A stretch of DNA of 64,000 nt. It comes from Octopus vulgaris (lineage: Eukaryota). A program made the translations under genes and the position numbers. How positions within the stretch are numbered: the stretch's first letter is position 1; each line of letters starts with the position of its first letter. The stretch covers positions 89,032,001 to 89,096,000 of the forward strand of contig OX597822.1 of NCBI GenBank assembly GCA_951406725.2, in the 5' to 3' direction. This document shows positions 13,400-26,006 of this stretch, in pieces. The notes beneath the pieces were generated by a model. It was not told the DNA's origin and ran no database searches. It was given only the letters and a program-made list of their open reading frames with translations.

Positions 13400-13790
13400 C
13401 ATATAGATCTTAACTGGCTCAAGGCCATCCCCCTCAATACTACTCCTCCCACTTCCTGTTGTGGTGTTTTTGTCTTGCAAAGTATTTGGTGATCCTCTCG
13501 ATGCTGGTGCCACATAAAAAGCACTGGTGCTGATGTCACATAAAAAGCACTGGGGGTAGTGCTACATAAAAAGCACTGGTGATAGTGCCGTGTAAAAGGT
13601 ACTGATGATGGTGCCACTTAAAAAGCACCCGTTTACACTCTGTAAACGATTGGTGTTAAGAAGGGCATCGAACCATAGAAACCATGCCAAAACAGTCTAT
13701 GTAACATGGTGTGGCTCCTGGCCTTGCCAGCTCCTGTCAAACCATTCAAAGCATACCTGCATAGAAAGCAGAGGTTAAATGAGGATGATA
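13400..13790 (+). mobile_element. RTE LINE 3' UTR fragment, opposite orientation to 11087-11760
   Basis: aaaagcactgg subrepeats, gttaagaagggcatc, ends gttaaatgaggatgat. Confidence 0.7.
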
Positions 13791-13796
13791 TATATG

Positions 13797-14640
13797 CAGT
13801 GACACCTTGCAGTATGAGCTTAATTCATTCTATGTCCGAGCTTGTCTTATGATTTACTCATTTTACAAATCAGTTTTCCCCATTGAAATTAGTTAAAATA
13901 GAATTAATCCATTCCAGCCCACCAAAATAATTTTTTATGGGTTTTAAAACAGACAAGGTGCAGTTACAAGGAAAATGACAATTATAAAAACATAATAAAA
14001 GAGAATGCAAAAGAAATATGTAAACTGGTTTTATCAATTTAATTACCTTAATGATGGGACAAATTGTGCACAAGGAAGATGATGGAGCGGGGAGGAGGAG
14101 TATTATTGTTTGGAAGGAGAATCTCTTCCATTGAGACTTCAGGATGAACAATTTCTGGTGGTTTCTCTCTCACTTTGCTTAATTTAGGCTTTTTGAACAC
14201 ACTTTCTTCACTTTTCACACTTGCAGGTGAAGCAATCAAGAGAAGTCTGCTTTTTCCTGCATTTCAAAATGTTAGGAAAATGCACATGAGCTGTCTCATT
14301 AAATAAAGCAGCTGCATCACCTGTAGCTACTTTTTCAGGTTGATATTTTTCTACAAATCAGAAACTTATTGCCACTTTGCCAAAACTGCTTTTGTGTTAC
14401 TCGTAGGTATAGCTTTCTCTGCTACACTGTCCTCCTCCAGGGAATGAATCTCTTCCACCTCATCCTAATGCTGCTCCTGAAGCTGCAGGAGTTCATCTGT
14501 CATCAGCTCCTCTGAGTGTTCCTTGACAAGATTGTTAATGTCCCCATCATCAACCTCGAGGCTCATGGACTTGCCAAGAAACACTATCTCCTTGTCTACA
14601 GATGTTTCAAACTCAAACCCCTTGAAGTTGCTTTTGGATA
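13797..14640 (-). mobile_element. Decayed pogo/Tigger-like transposon
   Basis: ORF 14465..14725 reads EVDDGDINNLVKEHSEELMTDELLQL, resembling Tigger transposase C-termini; cagt end at ~13797. Confidence 0.6.
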
Positions 14641-14799
14641 TGTAGTCAGATAGATAGATACATACATACATACATACATGTATATACACACACACACATA
14701 TATATATATACATACACACATACACATCGTGCCAGGAGGAAAACGGACGTTAAACAATGATGATGATGAAAGCAAGAACATCCCAATGCTACACATATA

Positions 14800-15750
14800 T
14801 CTCTGAACATTTGTAGAGATGAGCCACATTTGGAATAAAGAATTCAAATTCTCCACTTCACCTTCGAACATTCAATTTTAGGGAGAATCCCTTGATGAAA
14901 AGTGTGTGTTTCTGTGTTTGTGTGTGTGGTTGGGAACATGTTAATGTTTATACTGTGTAACTTCGATCACACCTCTTTCTGTTCCATGATTTTGCATTAG
15001 AGAACATTAGTATAATACTTACAAAATGTACTATCTCTTGCTTTTCTTCAAACATTCAATTTTGGAGAAAATTTTTTGATGAAATGTAGTTCCATTGCTT
15101 TTTGGTATTGTGAATCATCTTGTGCATATTTGTAAAAGGGAAGAATTTAGAATTTTCCGTCGCTGCATATTTCCAGATGATTACTTAATGGAATCTTGTG
15201 TAATTCTTCTTGTCGGATATGTTGCCTGTGGATTCTTGCATGTTGGCAGAGGGAATTATTTGTTTCGCCTATGTAATTTTCTTTGCAGTTTGGGCAGGTA
15301 ATGCAGTATATGAGGTTTTTTGTTTTGCAGTTCATATCTGCATTTATTTTGAAAAGGGATCCACACTTGAAGTTTATGTGGGAACCATTTTCCAAGTATT
15401 TGAAGTTGTTGATATTGTTGCGTGTTCCACATCTCCTATCTCCACATTCTTTTACTAAGAAATCCTATTCATTCTTTGATTTGAATTCTACCCTTGTGAA
15501 GTGTTTTTAAGATTTTTTGGTTGGCGTTTGCTATTCTGTCAGGTGTTTTCTCAATCAGAGTTTTCATTTTGGGGCTTCGTAGGAGTATAGGTAAGTTTGA
15601 TTTTATGGTGTGAAAGCTGTTGGTTATTCCAGGACTGTGTGTGTTAATGAATGGAATGTGTTTTCATTAACTTTTTCCTTAGGTGTCCGAAGTTGGGTGA
15701 TGTTCAGTTTCATCGCCTTTTTAATTCCCTCATTAATTAATCCATGTGGT
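14800..15750 (-). mobile_element. Penelope-like retroelement fragment (GIY-YIG endonuclease)
   Basis: ORF 15147..15395 MNCKTKNLIYCITCPNCKENYIGETNNSL..RIHRQHI; its 3' segment is directly repeated (~14862 and ~15045), like a pseudo-LTR. Confidence 0.85.
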
Positions 15751-16855
15751 TGCAAAGTGAGCTTCTTAACCACACAGCTATACCTATATATAAACTACAG
15801 AGAGGAATCAAATTTTGTTGACAGCATTAAGTTCTATCATCAATCTAAATCAGAGGTTACCAAACTTTTCTCATTGTGGGCCAAATAACTGAGAGAATGA
15901 TGAGTGTGGGCTGCATTACCAATAGAGTGAATGCACAAGAAATAAAGACAACCAACGTATTTATTTACCAAAAAGTTATCAAAGATGGTGATTTTAGTAC
16001 TGGGTGCTTTTTACATGCCACTGGCACTAGTGACATTGCTAAGTAACTTGCAAGACTGAAAAAGAAAAAAGAAAGAGAAAAAGGAAAGAGTTCTCACTGC
16101 TAAGTGGGGAGTATTTGAGAGAGGAAGGTGTCTTTATACTGGATACTGATAGACTAAAGTAAGATAAAGTGACAAGTACAGTTGTCTTGCTATAGAGGAG
16201 ATACATGGCTACTCTGTATTCTATACAGAGGTGGGTGGGAGTAGTTGAGAAGATAAAAGTAAGGTAGTGATGGAGTACCAGAGCAAACTCTGAAGGTACA
16301 AGAACATGAGCTTTAGTGAGAATACAAACTTTGGGTCTGGAGGGAATAGAAATTGAATTCTTTTGTAAGAGCATTCTATATATAGAACAAGATCATCAGG
16401 AGGAATGGTTTTTTTTTTTAAAGGCATACCAATTGAAAGTATTGTATAATAATTTCCATTACTTCACATTTGTGGAAATAGAAGAATATCTAGTAATGAA
16501 AATTGTTAGTAGATTCTTTATTCAACCTGGTAGCTTTCTGCAATATTGGTGACTGTATTATTCGCTGTTTCCTATACATCGGAGGGAACAGATTTTATGT
16601 AGGCATGTCACTAGTAAGTACTCATCATTATCAAAGCTCAAGGAAGCTGAAACATATCTGGCATTCTCATGGGTCACTGCTGGGACAATGTTTGTCTCAT
16701 TCTGATACATATTGTTTTTAACACAGCATGTCTATGTAGACATTTTCTCTCAGGAAAAATCTTCTTCAACAATAATTCATCTCTTAGCATTACATTTCAT
16801 AATCCATTTCATGTAGCATTTAATTATGTATATCTACAATATTTTATTACAACAG

Positions 16856-16949
16856 GTTCCGAGCCACTCTATACCCGTGTCCGGAGACTCAAGCTGAAAG
16901 ACGAGAAATGGCCATGGGAGTAATAACACGAATTGAGGATCTCAACACA
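16856..16949 (+). CDS. ATP6V0A1: V-ATPase a exon, 94 nt: [31 protein letters not shown]
   Basis: aacag|G ... ACA|gtaaag; FRATLYPCP motif. Confidence 0.97.
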
Positions 16950-17049
16950 GTAAAGATATAATTTTATTTTTGTTGTTCAACCAATTTATTCAAAACAATG
17001 TTTGTGTTTCAGCTTAAATTATATGACTTTTCTGATGTGTTCTTCTTAG

Positions 17050-17262
17050 GTTCTTGGCCAGACTCAAGATCATCGCCACCGAGTTTTGGTAGCTGCAGCC
17101 AAGAATATTAAAGTGTGGTTCATCAAAGTGAGGAAGATCAAAGCAATCTACCACACTTTGAATATGTTCAACTTGGATGTCACACAGAAGTGTCTCATTG
17201 CTGAATGTTGGTGTCCAGTTGCTGATCTTGATCGGATACAGCAAGCTTTACGTCGAGGAACT
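17050..17262 (+). CDS. ATP6V0A1: V-ATPase a exon, 213 nt: VLGQTQDHRHRVLVAAAKNIKVWFIKVRKIKAIYHTLNMFNLDVTQKCLIAECWCPVADLDRIQQALRRGT
   Basis: Follows a 100-nt intron; cttag|GTT ... ACT|gtaagt; KAIYHTLN and CLIAECWCP motifs. Confidence 0.98.
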
Positions 17263-18525
17263 GTAAGTTACTATTCTTGTAATTAGCAAGTGTTGATGTG
17301 TAAAATTCTTGTATATATATATATATATATATATATATACAAAATTAAATGAATGATAATCACTGCATGGAGGTCTAATACAGTTTGCAGAAAGTTCTGA
17401 ATTTGCAGCCAGTTATAAAAATAAAGAAATTCAGAATCAATGACATTCTGTCGATAGATTGATAGCTGGCTTTCTGACAAAAATATTTAACTTATATTGA
17501 TTTTTTTTCATCTAATTATAAACAATGGTCTCTCATAGTAGTCTTACAAAATTGCATAACAAATACTAGGAGTACTTTTAGAGCTAAAAACTACTTCAGC
17601 TCTGATCGGTTGTTTACCTTCTATGAAGTTTAAATAAGACTGACACTGGAGTTCTCTTCACATCTATAGCCAGTGTTGCTGCTGCTTTACACACAGACAT
17701 TCTAGACCAAATCCAAAAGAAGGCCATTTCACAGCTTGGCAAAGATTCAGTCACCAGCAGGTTTGAACCATCAGCTCACAGATGACACATGGTTTCTTCT
17801 CTTTCTGCTATTGCTTTTACAATGGCCCTTGAACTAATCTTGCTACCCTGAGAGCCCCCATTTCCTACTGTGTCTTAGCTCCCAAATTCTGTGTTAAATA
17901 CTTTGTCCTCTTCCCTCTTAAAATAACCCAGTTGGATAGCACCCCCATGCTCATGTTTTCCCACAAGCACCACTTCATAGATGTCTAAACTTATCATCAC
18001 TATACAAATCTTACCAGTCTGTGATTATCTTCAAAAGGCATGGGAACTGTGCCTCTCCTATTAACAGACTTATAAAAATGTTACCATGATAAGGTACAGC
18101 AGAAGTATTATGTATAATTGATAAGTGTCATTAGAACAATGAACTGAGTTCAACTATTTCCAAAGGTATGGAGAAATTCATCATTAATCATTATTTAAAT
18201 ATCCATGTTCCCTGTTGCCTTGGATAAGACAGTTTGACAAGATCTGATCTGTTTCATGCTCCAGTGTCTATTTTGGCATGGCTTCTTTGGCTGGATACCT
18301 TTCTTAATGCCAACCATCTTAAAGCCTGTACTGGCTGCTTTATTCATACCTCTAGCATTAATGAGGTCACCTTGCTGCTTGCAAGGCTATGTAAATATCA
18401 ACATCTTCAGAAAAGGCCCAACAATTTTTCTAGGTGAAAGAACTCAATGTAATTTATATATTTCAGTCCAGTTTATGATATAAACTTTCCATGTGCTAAT
18501 TATTCATTAATGTTGTTATTTTCAG

Positions 18526-18676
18526 GAAAGAAGTGGTAGTAGTGTACCATCTATACTAAACCGGATGGTTACAAAGCAAGAACCTCCTACCTATAACCGT
18601 ACTAACAAATTCACTGAAGCATTCCAAGCTATAGTAGATGCTTATGGAGTAGCATCATACAGAGAAGTTAACCCAG
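18526..18676 (+). CDS. ATP6V0A1: V-ATPase a exon, 151 nt: [50 protein letters not shown]
   Basis: ttcag|GAA ... CCAG|gtaaat; [11 protein letters not shown] and YREVNP motifs. Confidence 0.98.
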
Positions 18677-19058
18677 GTAAATTAATTGATACTTTCTTAT
18701 GTAATTATGTGTGTAACATGCAAAACTTATTCGGAAAAATGTATTGGGTATGTGTGCGCATGCATGTTTTTGTTCCTTCTGATAAGTTGGGGAAGAAGGG
18801 GAAATGTTGTTGACCTTTATAGACCCTCCTATATTCATTGGACTTATGTGATCGTATGATTGACGTTCAATTTGGATGTATGTTCAAACTGAACATCAGT
18901 CACACCAGTCTGCAAGATAGATTGTCTGCAGGGAAAATTTTCTTGGGGAAGGAACCATGTAACTGAATGGTTACAACACTGTGAACTCAATGAACTAAAG
19001 GCAACCAAAGGCCAGGTGGATGTATTTAATTGGTTGGCATCCTTTGTGTGTGTGTGTG

Positions 19059-20241
19059 TATCAGCAAAAAGCAAGCAATGTTTGAAACATGAAATTCATC
19101 ACAATATATTTCAACAATGTGGAAATTTTATTCATCAAAGTAAGTACTATTATAATCAACACATGTTTGCCAACGAGTTACAAGTTTGTTTATTCTGGTA
19201 GCATAAAAATCTGGCGTTCTGGAACTGATGAACTCTTTGAACTCATTTCAGCATCAGTTTGATTTTTTAACTCCTCTCGCAGTAAACCATCAAGGTGCTT
19301 GAAAAAGTGGTAGTCGGTAGGAGAAAGGTGTGGGGAATAAGCTGGGCGAGGAAGAACTTTGTAGGCAAGTTCTCTCAACTTCTGGAGTGTCATTAGTGAA
19401 ACATGGTTGAGAATTGTCATGAAGAATGATTGGCCCTCTTCTGTTGACCAGTCTGGGACAGAGGAGTAGTAGTTTTTCATTCATTTTGGCAATTTCATGG
19501 CAATATGTTTCTGCAGTAATGGTTTTTCCAGGTTTTAGGAAGTTTTAGGAAGTTATAGTCCAGCAGTACACCACCAAGCAGTCACCATAGCCTTCTTTTT
19601 GAAGAGCTCAGGTTTAGGGAAAATTTTGGTTTTTCATTTTGGTCCAGCCATTGTGAAGAACATTTTTTATTACTGTACATAATGCTCTTTTCATTGCAAG
19701 TTAAAATAGGTTTGAGAAATGTATCAGTCTGGTTATGGAGAAGAAATGACAAGCAAATTTCATATCTGCACATTTTCTGATTTTCTTTCAAATTGTGTGG
19801 TACCCATTTGTTGAGCTTTTTTGATTTTCTGATTGCATGCAAATGGTTGCAGCCAGTTTTCTAACTAACTTGAAGTTTTTTTTTGCCAGTTCTTGAGCGG
19901 TTTTACGTGGATCTTTCTCAGTGACAGTTTTTAATTGATCGTCATCAATGACTGATGGGTATCCACTGCACTCATGATCTTCAAGGCTCAAGTCTCCACT
20001 GTGAAATCATTTAAACCCTTTTCAAGCTGACCACTCACTGGTCATTCAAATATCACGCTTTGACAGTTCCATTTCAGATGATTGCAACAATGGTGAAAAA
20101 AAATATCAGTGTTAATTTATTGATGCATTTGGGAAATTAGGGTTAGGGTTATCAAATGTTATAAAAAAATTCAAAGCTCTGCAAAAATCCCATACAAATT
20201 CTTCATGGTTCAAAACGTTGCTTATTTTTTACTCAACCTGG
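19059..20241 (-). mobile_element. Decayed mariner (DD34D) transposon
   Basis: Fragments KWVPHNL, ILTCNEK, ILHDN and YSPHLSPTDYHFF; imperfect TIRs aagcaatgtttgaaacatgaa / ttcatggttcaaaacgttgctt. Confidence 0.9.
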
Positions 20242-21469
20242 TGTATACATATATATAAATAAACCACATGATGAATAGTTCAAACCTTACTACAGCTGTT
20301 GTCTTATGCTCCTGATGAAAGCTGCTAACTTTGCTAGCTCTGATTTGTTTGACTAAAACAGGTTCTATTCCTCCACACTTAACAAAAAAAAAAGGGTGTC
20401 ATCCAACTGTAAGAACAAATACTTAAATATTGAGCCAGTGAAAGCCCCTTGACACAATTGCACTACTTGCAAGGAGTAGCAGCCAGATTTCCCTCAAATC
20501 ACAAAATGATGGTGAATAATGTTGTTCTAGAAATACTCTGTCTAAAAAACAAAACAAAAAAACCAGATGGCCACAATTGGAATCAAAATTTTCATCAAAG
20601 TTTACTAGTTGCTAAATACAGTAGCAGGTGTTCCAATGTATGCCAAGTCACAGTAAACTAGCATTTCAAAGTTTATGCGTAACTAATGCACCCCATCCCA
20701 TATATATTCGTAGATGGGAGGTAACACTCTAAAAGAGGCAACACAAGTCAAGTTTGCCATTTGATAAATAGAGATGGATAAAACAAGTACTTGACTAAGC
20801 ACCAAAGTTGTTGATATTGACTAAAGCCCTTGAAAGTGGGGTCTCAGCATATCTGCAATTCAATCATTTATTATTTTGTATCAAAATGAATTTTCTGAAT
20901 TGTTCTTAAATCCTTCAAACAACACAATGTTTGGCAAGTTGGAATTGTTGTTTGTGAGAAGAGAAAAATACATTTTGAAAGGTCATAAATAGTGTTAACT
21001 CAATTTGCAGAAAGTTTTTGACTGGAGATTCGCACAGTGAGAATGCTTGTGCTGTGACTCCTGTGATTCTTTGTCCATTGAATCGGCTCTGTGGTTAAGA
21101 AGCTTCCTGTGTATGTAGTTTTGGGTTCAGTCCTACTGGGTGGTACCTTAGGCATGTCCACTATAGTCTTGGAACAACCAAAGTTCTTTGAGTAAATTTG
21201 TTAGAAACTGAAAGAAGCCTGTTGTATATGTATGTGTGTGTATACACATATACATATATTTGTGTGTGTGTATATATATATATACACGATGATGATGATG
21301 ATGATGATGATATATATATATATATATATATATATTGAATCACTAGAGTTAAAGTCTGGTCAGAGTGACCAATGATTTTGCATCCATGAAAGCCACAGCT
21401 CATCAGACTTATCAGACGCTTTGTGTGTGTGTGTGTATGTGTACATTTACACACACACTCACACACACA

Positions 21470-21740
21470 CATCATCATCGTTTAACATCCGTTCTCCATG
21501 CTAGCATGGGTTGGACTGTTTGACCGGAGATCTGGGAAGCCAGAAGGCTGCACCAGGCTCCAGTCTGATCTGGCAGTGTTTCTACAGCTGGATGCCCTTC
21601 CTAACGCCAACCACTCTGTGAGTGTAGTGGGTGCTTTTTACGTGCCACCGGCACGGAAGCCAGTGAAGGTGGCACTGGCATCGGCCACGTTCGGATGGTG
21701 CTTTTTACGTGCCACCGGCACGGAAGCCAGTCTGGGCGGC
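21470..21740 (-). mobile_element. RTE LINE 3' UTR fragment
   Basis: catcatcatcgtttaacatcc..ccatgctagcatgggttggac..ggatgcccttcctaacgcc; related copies at 4950, 18180, 29945 and 43414. Confidence 0.8.
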
Positions 21741-22709
21741 ACACACATATAGAAAATACACTTTAATTGAAATACAGTTTCCCCAGTATTAAACATATCT
21801 AATATAATAAATGTGAGTGTCAGTGTGTCACACTTTTTCAACTTTACTCCTAGAGGCCATAGTCCAACATATCATACCATTTTGGAATCAGGCTGACTCC
21901 ATGAGTGAATTTAAAACATTCTGGGTTGAATCTGGACCTGAAATCCTGAAATTCTGGATTCCTATGTTTCCATTACTGTGATTGTTTTCAGTGATTTTTT
22001 TTACATGATTTTTGTAAAGGAAGGTTTTGACTTGTTGTTTAGCCCTAGTTTATCACTTTTTAGTGGTATTATTTATCCTATTGTTTTTAGTGTATCTAAG
22101 TTCAACATTTCCAATGTATCCTTCCTTTGTTTTTAAATTGTAGGGTTTGATTTGAGGAAACTTGTCTATTTATTTCTAGTAGATCAAGCAACCTCAAAGA
22201 AGTTCTCTCCTTGTCCTTGATTATGCTTAGTATTTTTGTTATGTTTACGTACATTTAAATATTTAAATGAATGAGTATAATACATACTGTATATCTGAAT
22301 ATTTTCATAAGGAAGTGTATAATGCATATTGTATATTTAAGTAAAGTAGTATGATATATATTGCATCTTTTGTTTTTTACTTGTTTCAGTCATTATACTG
22401 TGGCCATGCCTTGTAGAATTTTTTGTGAAATGAATTGACCCCAGTACTTATTTTTTGTTAAGCCTGGTACTTGTTCTAGCAGTTTCTTTTGCTGAACTGC
22501 TAAGTTCCAGGGATGTAAACACACCAACTCTGGTTGTTGAGCAGTACATGTGTTATATATCTTCAAATGAAGGCATATAACACATGTATATTTACATATA
22601 TAATTGAAGATGTATAGTATATATTGTTTATTCATGTTTAAATGAAGAAGTTTAATATATATTGTATATTTTATCTTTAATAATCTTTTCTTTCTCTCAT
22701 CTTTTCTAG

Positions 22710-22849
22710 CTCCCTTTACAATTATAACATTCCCCTTTTTATTTGCTGTGATGTTTGGAGATGCTGGACATGGCTTCTTGATGACCCTCTTTGCAGTTTG
22801 GATGATTGTGAGGGAAAAAGTATTATCAACCAAAAAAGGGGATAATGAG
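22710..22849 (+). CDS. ATP6V0A1: V-ATPase a exon, 140 nt: [47 protein letters not shown] (first TM helices)
   Basis: ttctag|CT ... GAG|gtaact; [15 protein letters not shown] signature. Confidence 0.98.
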
Positions 22850-23260
22850 GTAACTTTTTGCATTTTTCAAGCTCATTGTTTTTGTTACTCTTTTCATCTA
22901 AATCCAAGTCATATTTAAAGACATTCTAGATGTGACCATTCCTTTTATTTTTTTTTCATACATACAGTATCTAAAAATACATTAACAAATTTGTCCTTCA
23001 ATTTTTATGATAGTGGGTATGATTTAAAAAAAAATTGTATGTTATTTCAAGCAGATTGTCAGCAACATCTAAAGGCTCTCTCCATTGATAATTTATATTG
23101 TTGTATGTAGGAGATCTATGTTCTCAGTAGATTTGTTTATACAACATAGTTGTACTAATAATGTATGTTGTATATGCACATGTATATACATTTACAGATA
23201 ACTGAAATTTGTCTGCTATTTATTAGCAGGTCAAGTAACCACATAGGAGATCCCTTAGTA

Positions 23261-23415
23261 CAGTGGTTTTCAACCAGGGTTCCGCAAGAAGTTACAAAAC
23301 TGCTAAAATCGGCAGTAATTTTTAATTCACCTATTAAATTATTGCACAAGGGTTCCTCGAGCCAGTAGAATGGTTCCTTGGGGTTCTGCTCCAGCAAATA
23401 GTTTGAAAAGCACTG
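23261..23415. mobile_element. hAT-type MITE, 155 bp
   Basis: TIRs cagtggttttcaa / ttgaaaagcactg; perfect 8-bp TSD ccttagta at 23253-23260 and 23416-23423. Confidence 0.9.
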
Positions 23416-23949
23416 CCTTAGTAAATTATGAATGTATATTTTTATCTCTATATATAAAAGTGAAATGGCCAAAAGTGTCTCATTTAGTGGTTATGCAGGG
23501 TTCAGTGGCAGTAGGCTTGCTCGGATTGCAGCGAAAATTTACAGTGACATGTAAAATGATGCGAGGAAGTGACTGGACTAGGTTAGAAATCTCCATCTCA
23601 AAAGCTGTGGTCACTAGGGCAACAAAACCCAGACTTTGACATGTGTTTGGAGTTTCTCTCTTTCGGACATCACCATGTCTTCTTCAATCTCTCTCTTTCC
23701 CCACTTCCCTCCAATTTCTCTCTATAATGACATTTGACAGCTTCCACTCTCTTTCTCTCTCTGCCTTCGCCATCTCTCTGTCACTCCTCTCTCTCTGTAT
23801 GTCTGTCTGTATCTATAGAGAGAAAGCGTTGACAGCTGCAAAAGTTTAAATATTCCCACCACAGGTCTTTTACAACGGTGAATTATTATCGCCCACCACC
23901 ACCGCACAATCATGATAACAGATATTTATTGTATCAATTTATATATATA

Positions 23950-23999
<50 letters not shown>

Positions 24000-24034
24000 T
24001 ATATAAAATGTGTATACATATATATTATGTATAT

Positions 24035-24360
24035 TGTTGGCACTCCATCAGTTACGACAACAAGGGTTCCAATTGATCCGATCAATGGAACAGCCTGCTT
24101 GTGAAATTAATGTGCAAGTGGCTGAGCACTCCACAGACATGTATATCCTTAACGTAGTTCTCGGGGGAGATTCAGCATGACACAGAGTGTGTCAAGGCTG
24201 GCCCTTTGAAATACATGTACAACAGAAACAGAAAGATAGAGAGAGAAAAAGTTGTGGTGAAAGAGTACAGCAGGGTTTGCCACAACACCCGCTCTGGGAA
24301 TCAAAACTGCGATCCTACAACCGTGAGTCCGCTGCCCGAACCACTGGGCCATTGCGCCTC
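24035..24360 (-). mobile_element. Second tRNA-like SINE family
   Basis: Reverse complement starts ggaggcgcaatggcccagtggtt; similar to the + strand copy at ~48235-48570. Confidence 0.7.
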
Positions 24361-24393
24361 CAATTATGTATATATATAATTTATATCTATATA

Positions 24394-24460
<67 letters not shown>

Positions 24461-24510
24461 ACATATGTATATATAATGCACACACACATATATATATATA
24501 TATAATGTGT

Positions 24511-25030
24511 GATTGAACTGAAAATATGCTCACACATGTTAAAACTGCTGGCGTGTTTGCATGGCAACTTTGAGTTTGCTCAATTGAAAGGTGTGGCCTC
24601 TAGGGCAAAATTCCTCATCTTTTAAAATGTGGCCTGAGTAGGCCTGAATGAAATCGGGTTATAATAACCAAATAAGTAAAACAATGAAAAACTATGCCAT
24701 TTTAATCCTGAGCAAGGTCGGGTGTCTCTGTAAGTCTGCTACATATTTGTGAAAAGGACGGACGTTGTCTCACAAGCAGTTGAGCAGGTAAAAGTGTTAG
24801 TAAATGTGGTCAGATTGAGCTGAAAATTTGTACACCTCTGTTAAAAGTGCTGGCAAGTTTGCATGGCAACTTTGAGTTTGCTCAATTGAAAGGCGTTGCC
24901 TCAAGGGCAAAATTCGTCATCTTTTAAAATGTGATCTGCATAGACCCAAATGAAATCGGGTGAATACCAAAATGAGTAAAACAGTAATAAACTATTTTAA
25001 TCTCGAGCAAGGTCGGGTTTCTCTGCTAGT
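24511..25030 (+). mobile_element. Two tandem ~302-bp diverged units ending in Helitron-like 3' termini
   Basis: Unit starts at ~24511 and ~24813; each ends gagcaaggtcggg..ctctg; the second finishes CTAG|T. Confidence 0.65.
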
Positions 25031-25863
25031 ATTATATAAAGGTAAACCACGAATGCCATTGGCTTATTTTTTTTTATACCTGAACTAACCAGTAGCTAAA
25101 TTTAAATAATAACCATACACCTCTCTTTTAAAACAACTATTCTTCATAATCATCAGATACATGTCTGTAGTAGCATACGTTGAACTATACTGTATCATCA
25201 GGAGAAACTTAATCTTCTAAAGTCCACTCAAACTAGTTTTTTACCTTTTGTTTCCACTTTGACTGTTATTTTATACACTGTCTCTCATTCAGAATATGAC
25301 ATTTGTTTTAGGTACCTGTTTTTTCTCATCTAGATATGCCCAATAATGTCTTTGATGCCACAGCTGCTTTCTCAAATTTCTTGCATTCAGTGAAATGTTA
25401 GGTTTACATTGAAAAAGATGGTCTTGGCTGCTATAGGTCTAGGGGGCCTATGTATGCTGTGGTTTGCTGTCAGTAAATAAATGCCATAGACAGGTATTGC
25501 TTTACCTGACAGCTTATAATGCTGATAAGACAGTCCTGCATACAGCATAGATCTGTTGATACATATATATTTGTCTAGAGAAAGAAACCCTTTATGAGTA
25601 ATTCTAGATATTAGTTTACTTGTCTCAGCAAACTTACCTGAAACTATTTTCACTACTCAATGTTGTTGACATTAAAAATAACCAAATTAGAAAACTCTTG
25701 TCTGAATATACATGACTAGTAAAATAATTTATGCTTTGTTGAATTGAATTTAGAAATGTTTGATTTAATGAAGTGGACAAGCAGTTTTGGTACTGCCCAC
25801 TTTTCCTAAATTTACTGATAACTTCTGGATTATTTTTATTAAGTGCTTTGTAATCTTTTGTAG

Positions 25864-26006
25864 ATCTGGAATACCACATTTGGTGGGCGCTATATAATTC
25901 TACTTATGGGAATTTTTTCCATATATACTGGTTTCTTGTATAATGATGTATTTTCAAAATCTCTCAATATATTTGGATCATCATGGTATACTAACAAAAC
26001 TGTGCC
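25864..26006 (+). CDS. ATP6V0A1: V-ATPase a exon, 143 nt: [48 protein letters not shown]
   Basis: tgtag|ATC ... CC|gtaagt; [13 protein letters not shown] and FGSSW motifs. Confidence 0.97.

Noticed and set aside
20137-20151. ttagggttagggtta telomere-like repeat
   Set aside because: Only 2.5 units inside a mariner relic; too short to call
20310-20365. cctgatgaaagc hammerhead-like start on the + strand
   Set aside because: No downstream GAAA core or convincing stems
22393-22863. 156-aa antisense ORF overlapping the 22710-22849 exon
   Set aside because: Shadow of the sense exon extended into AT-rich intron and SINE sequence
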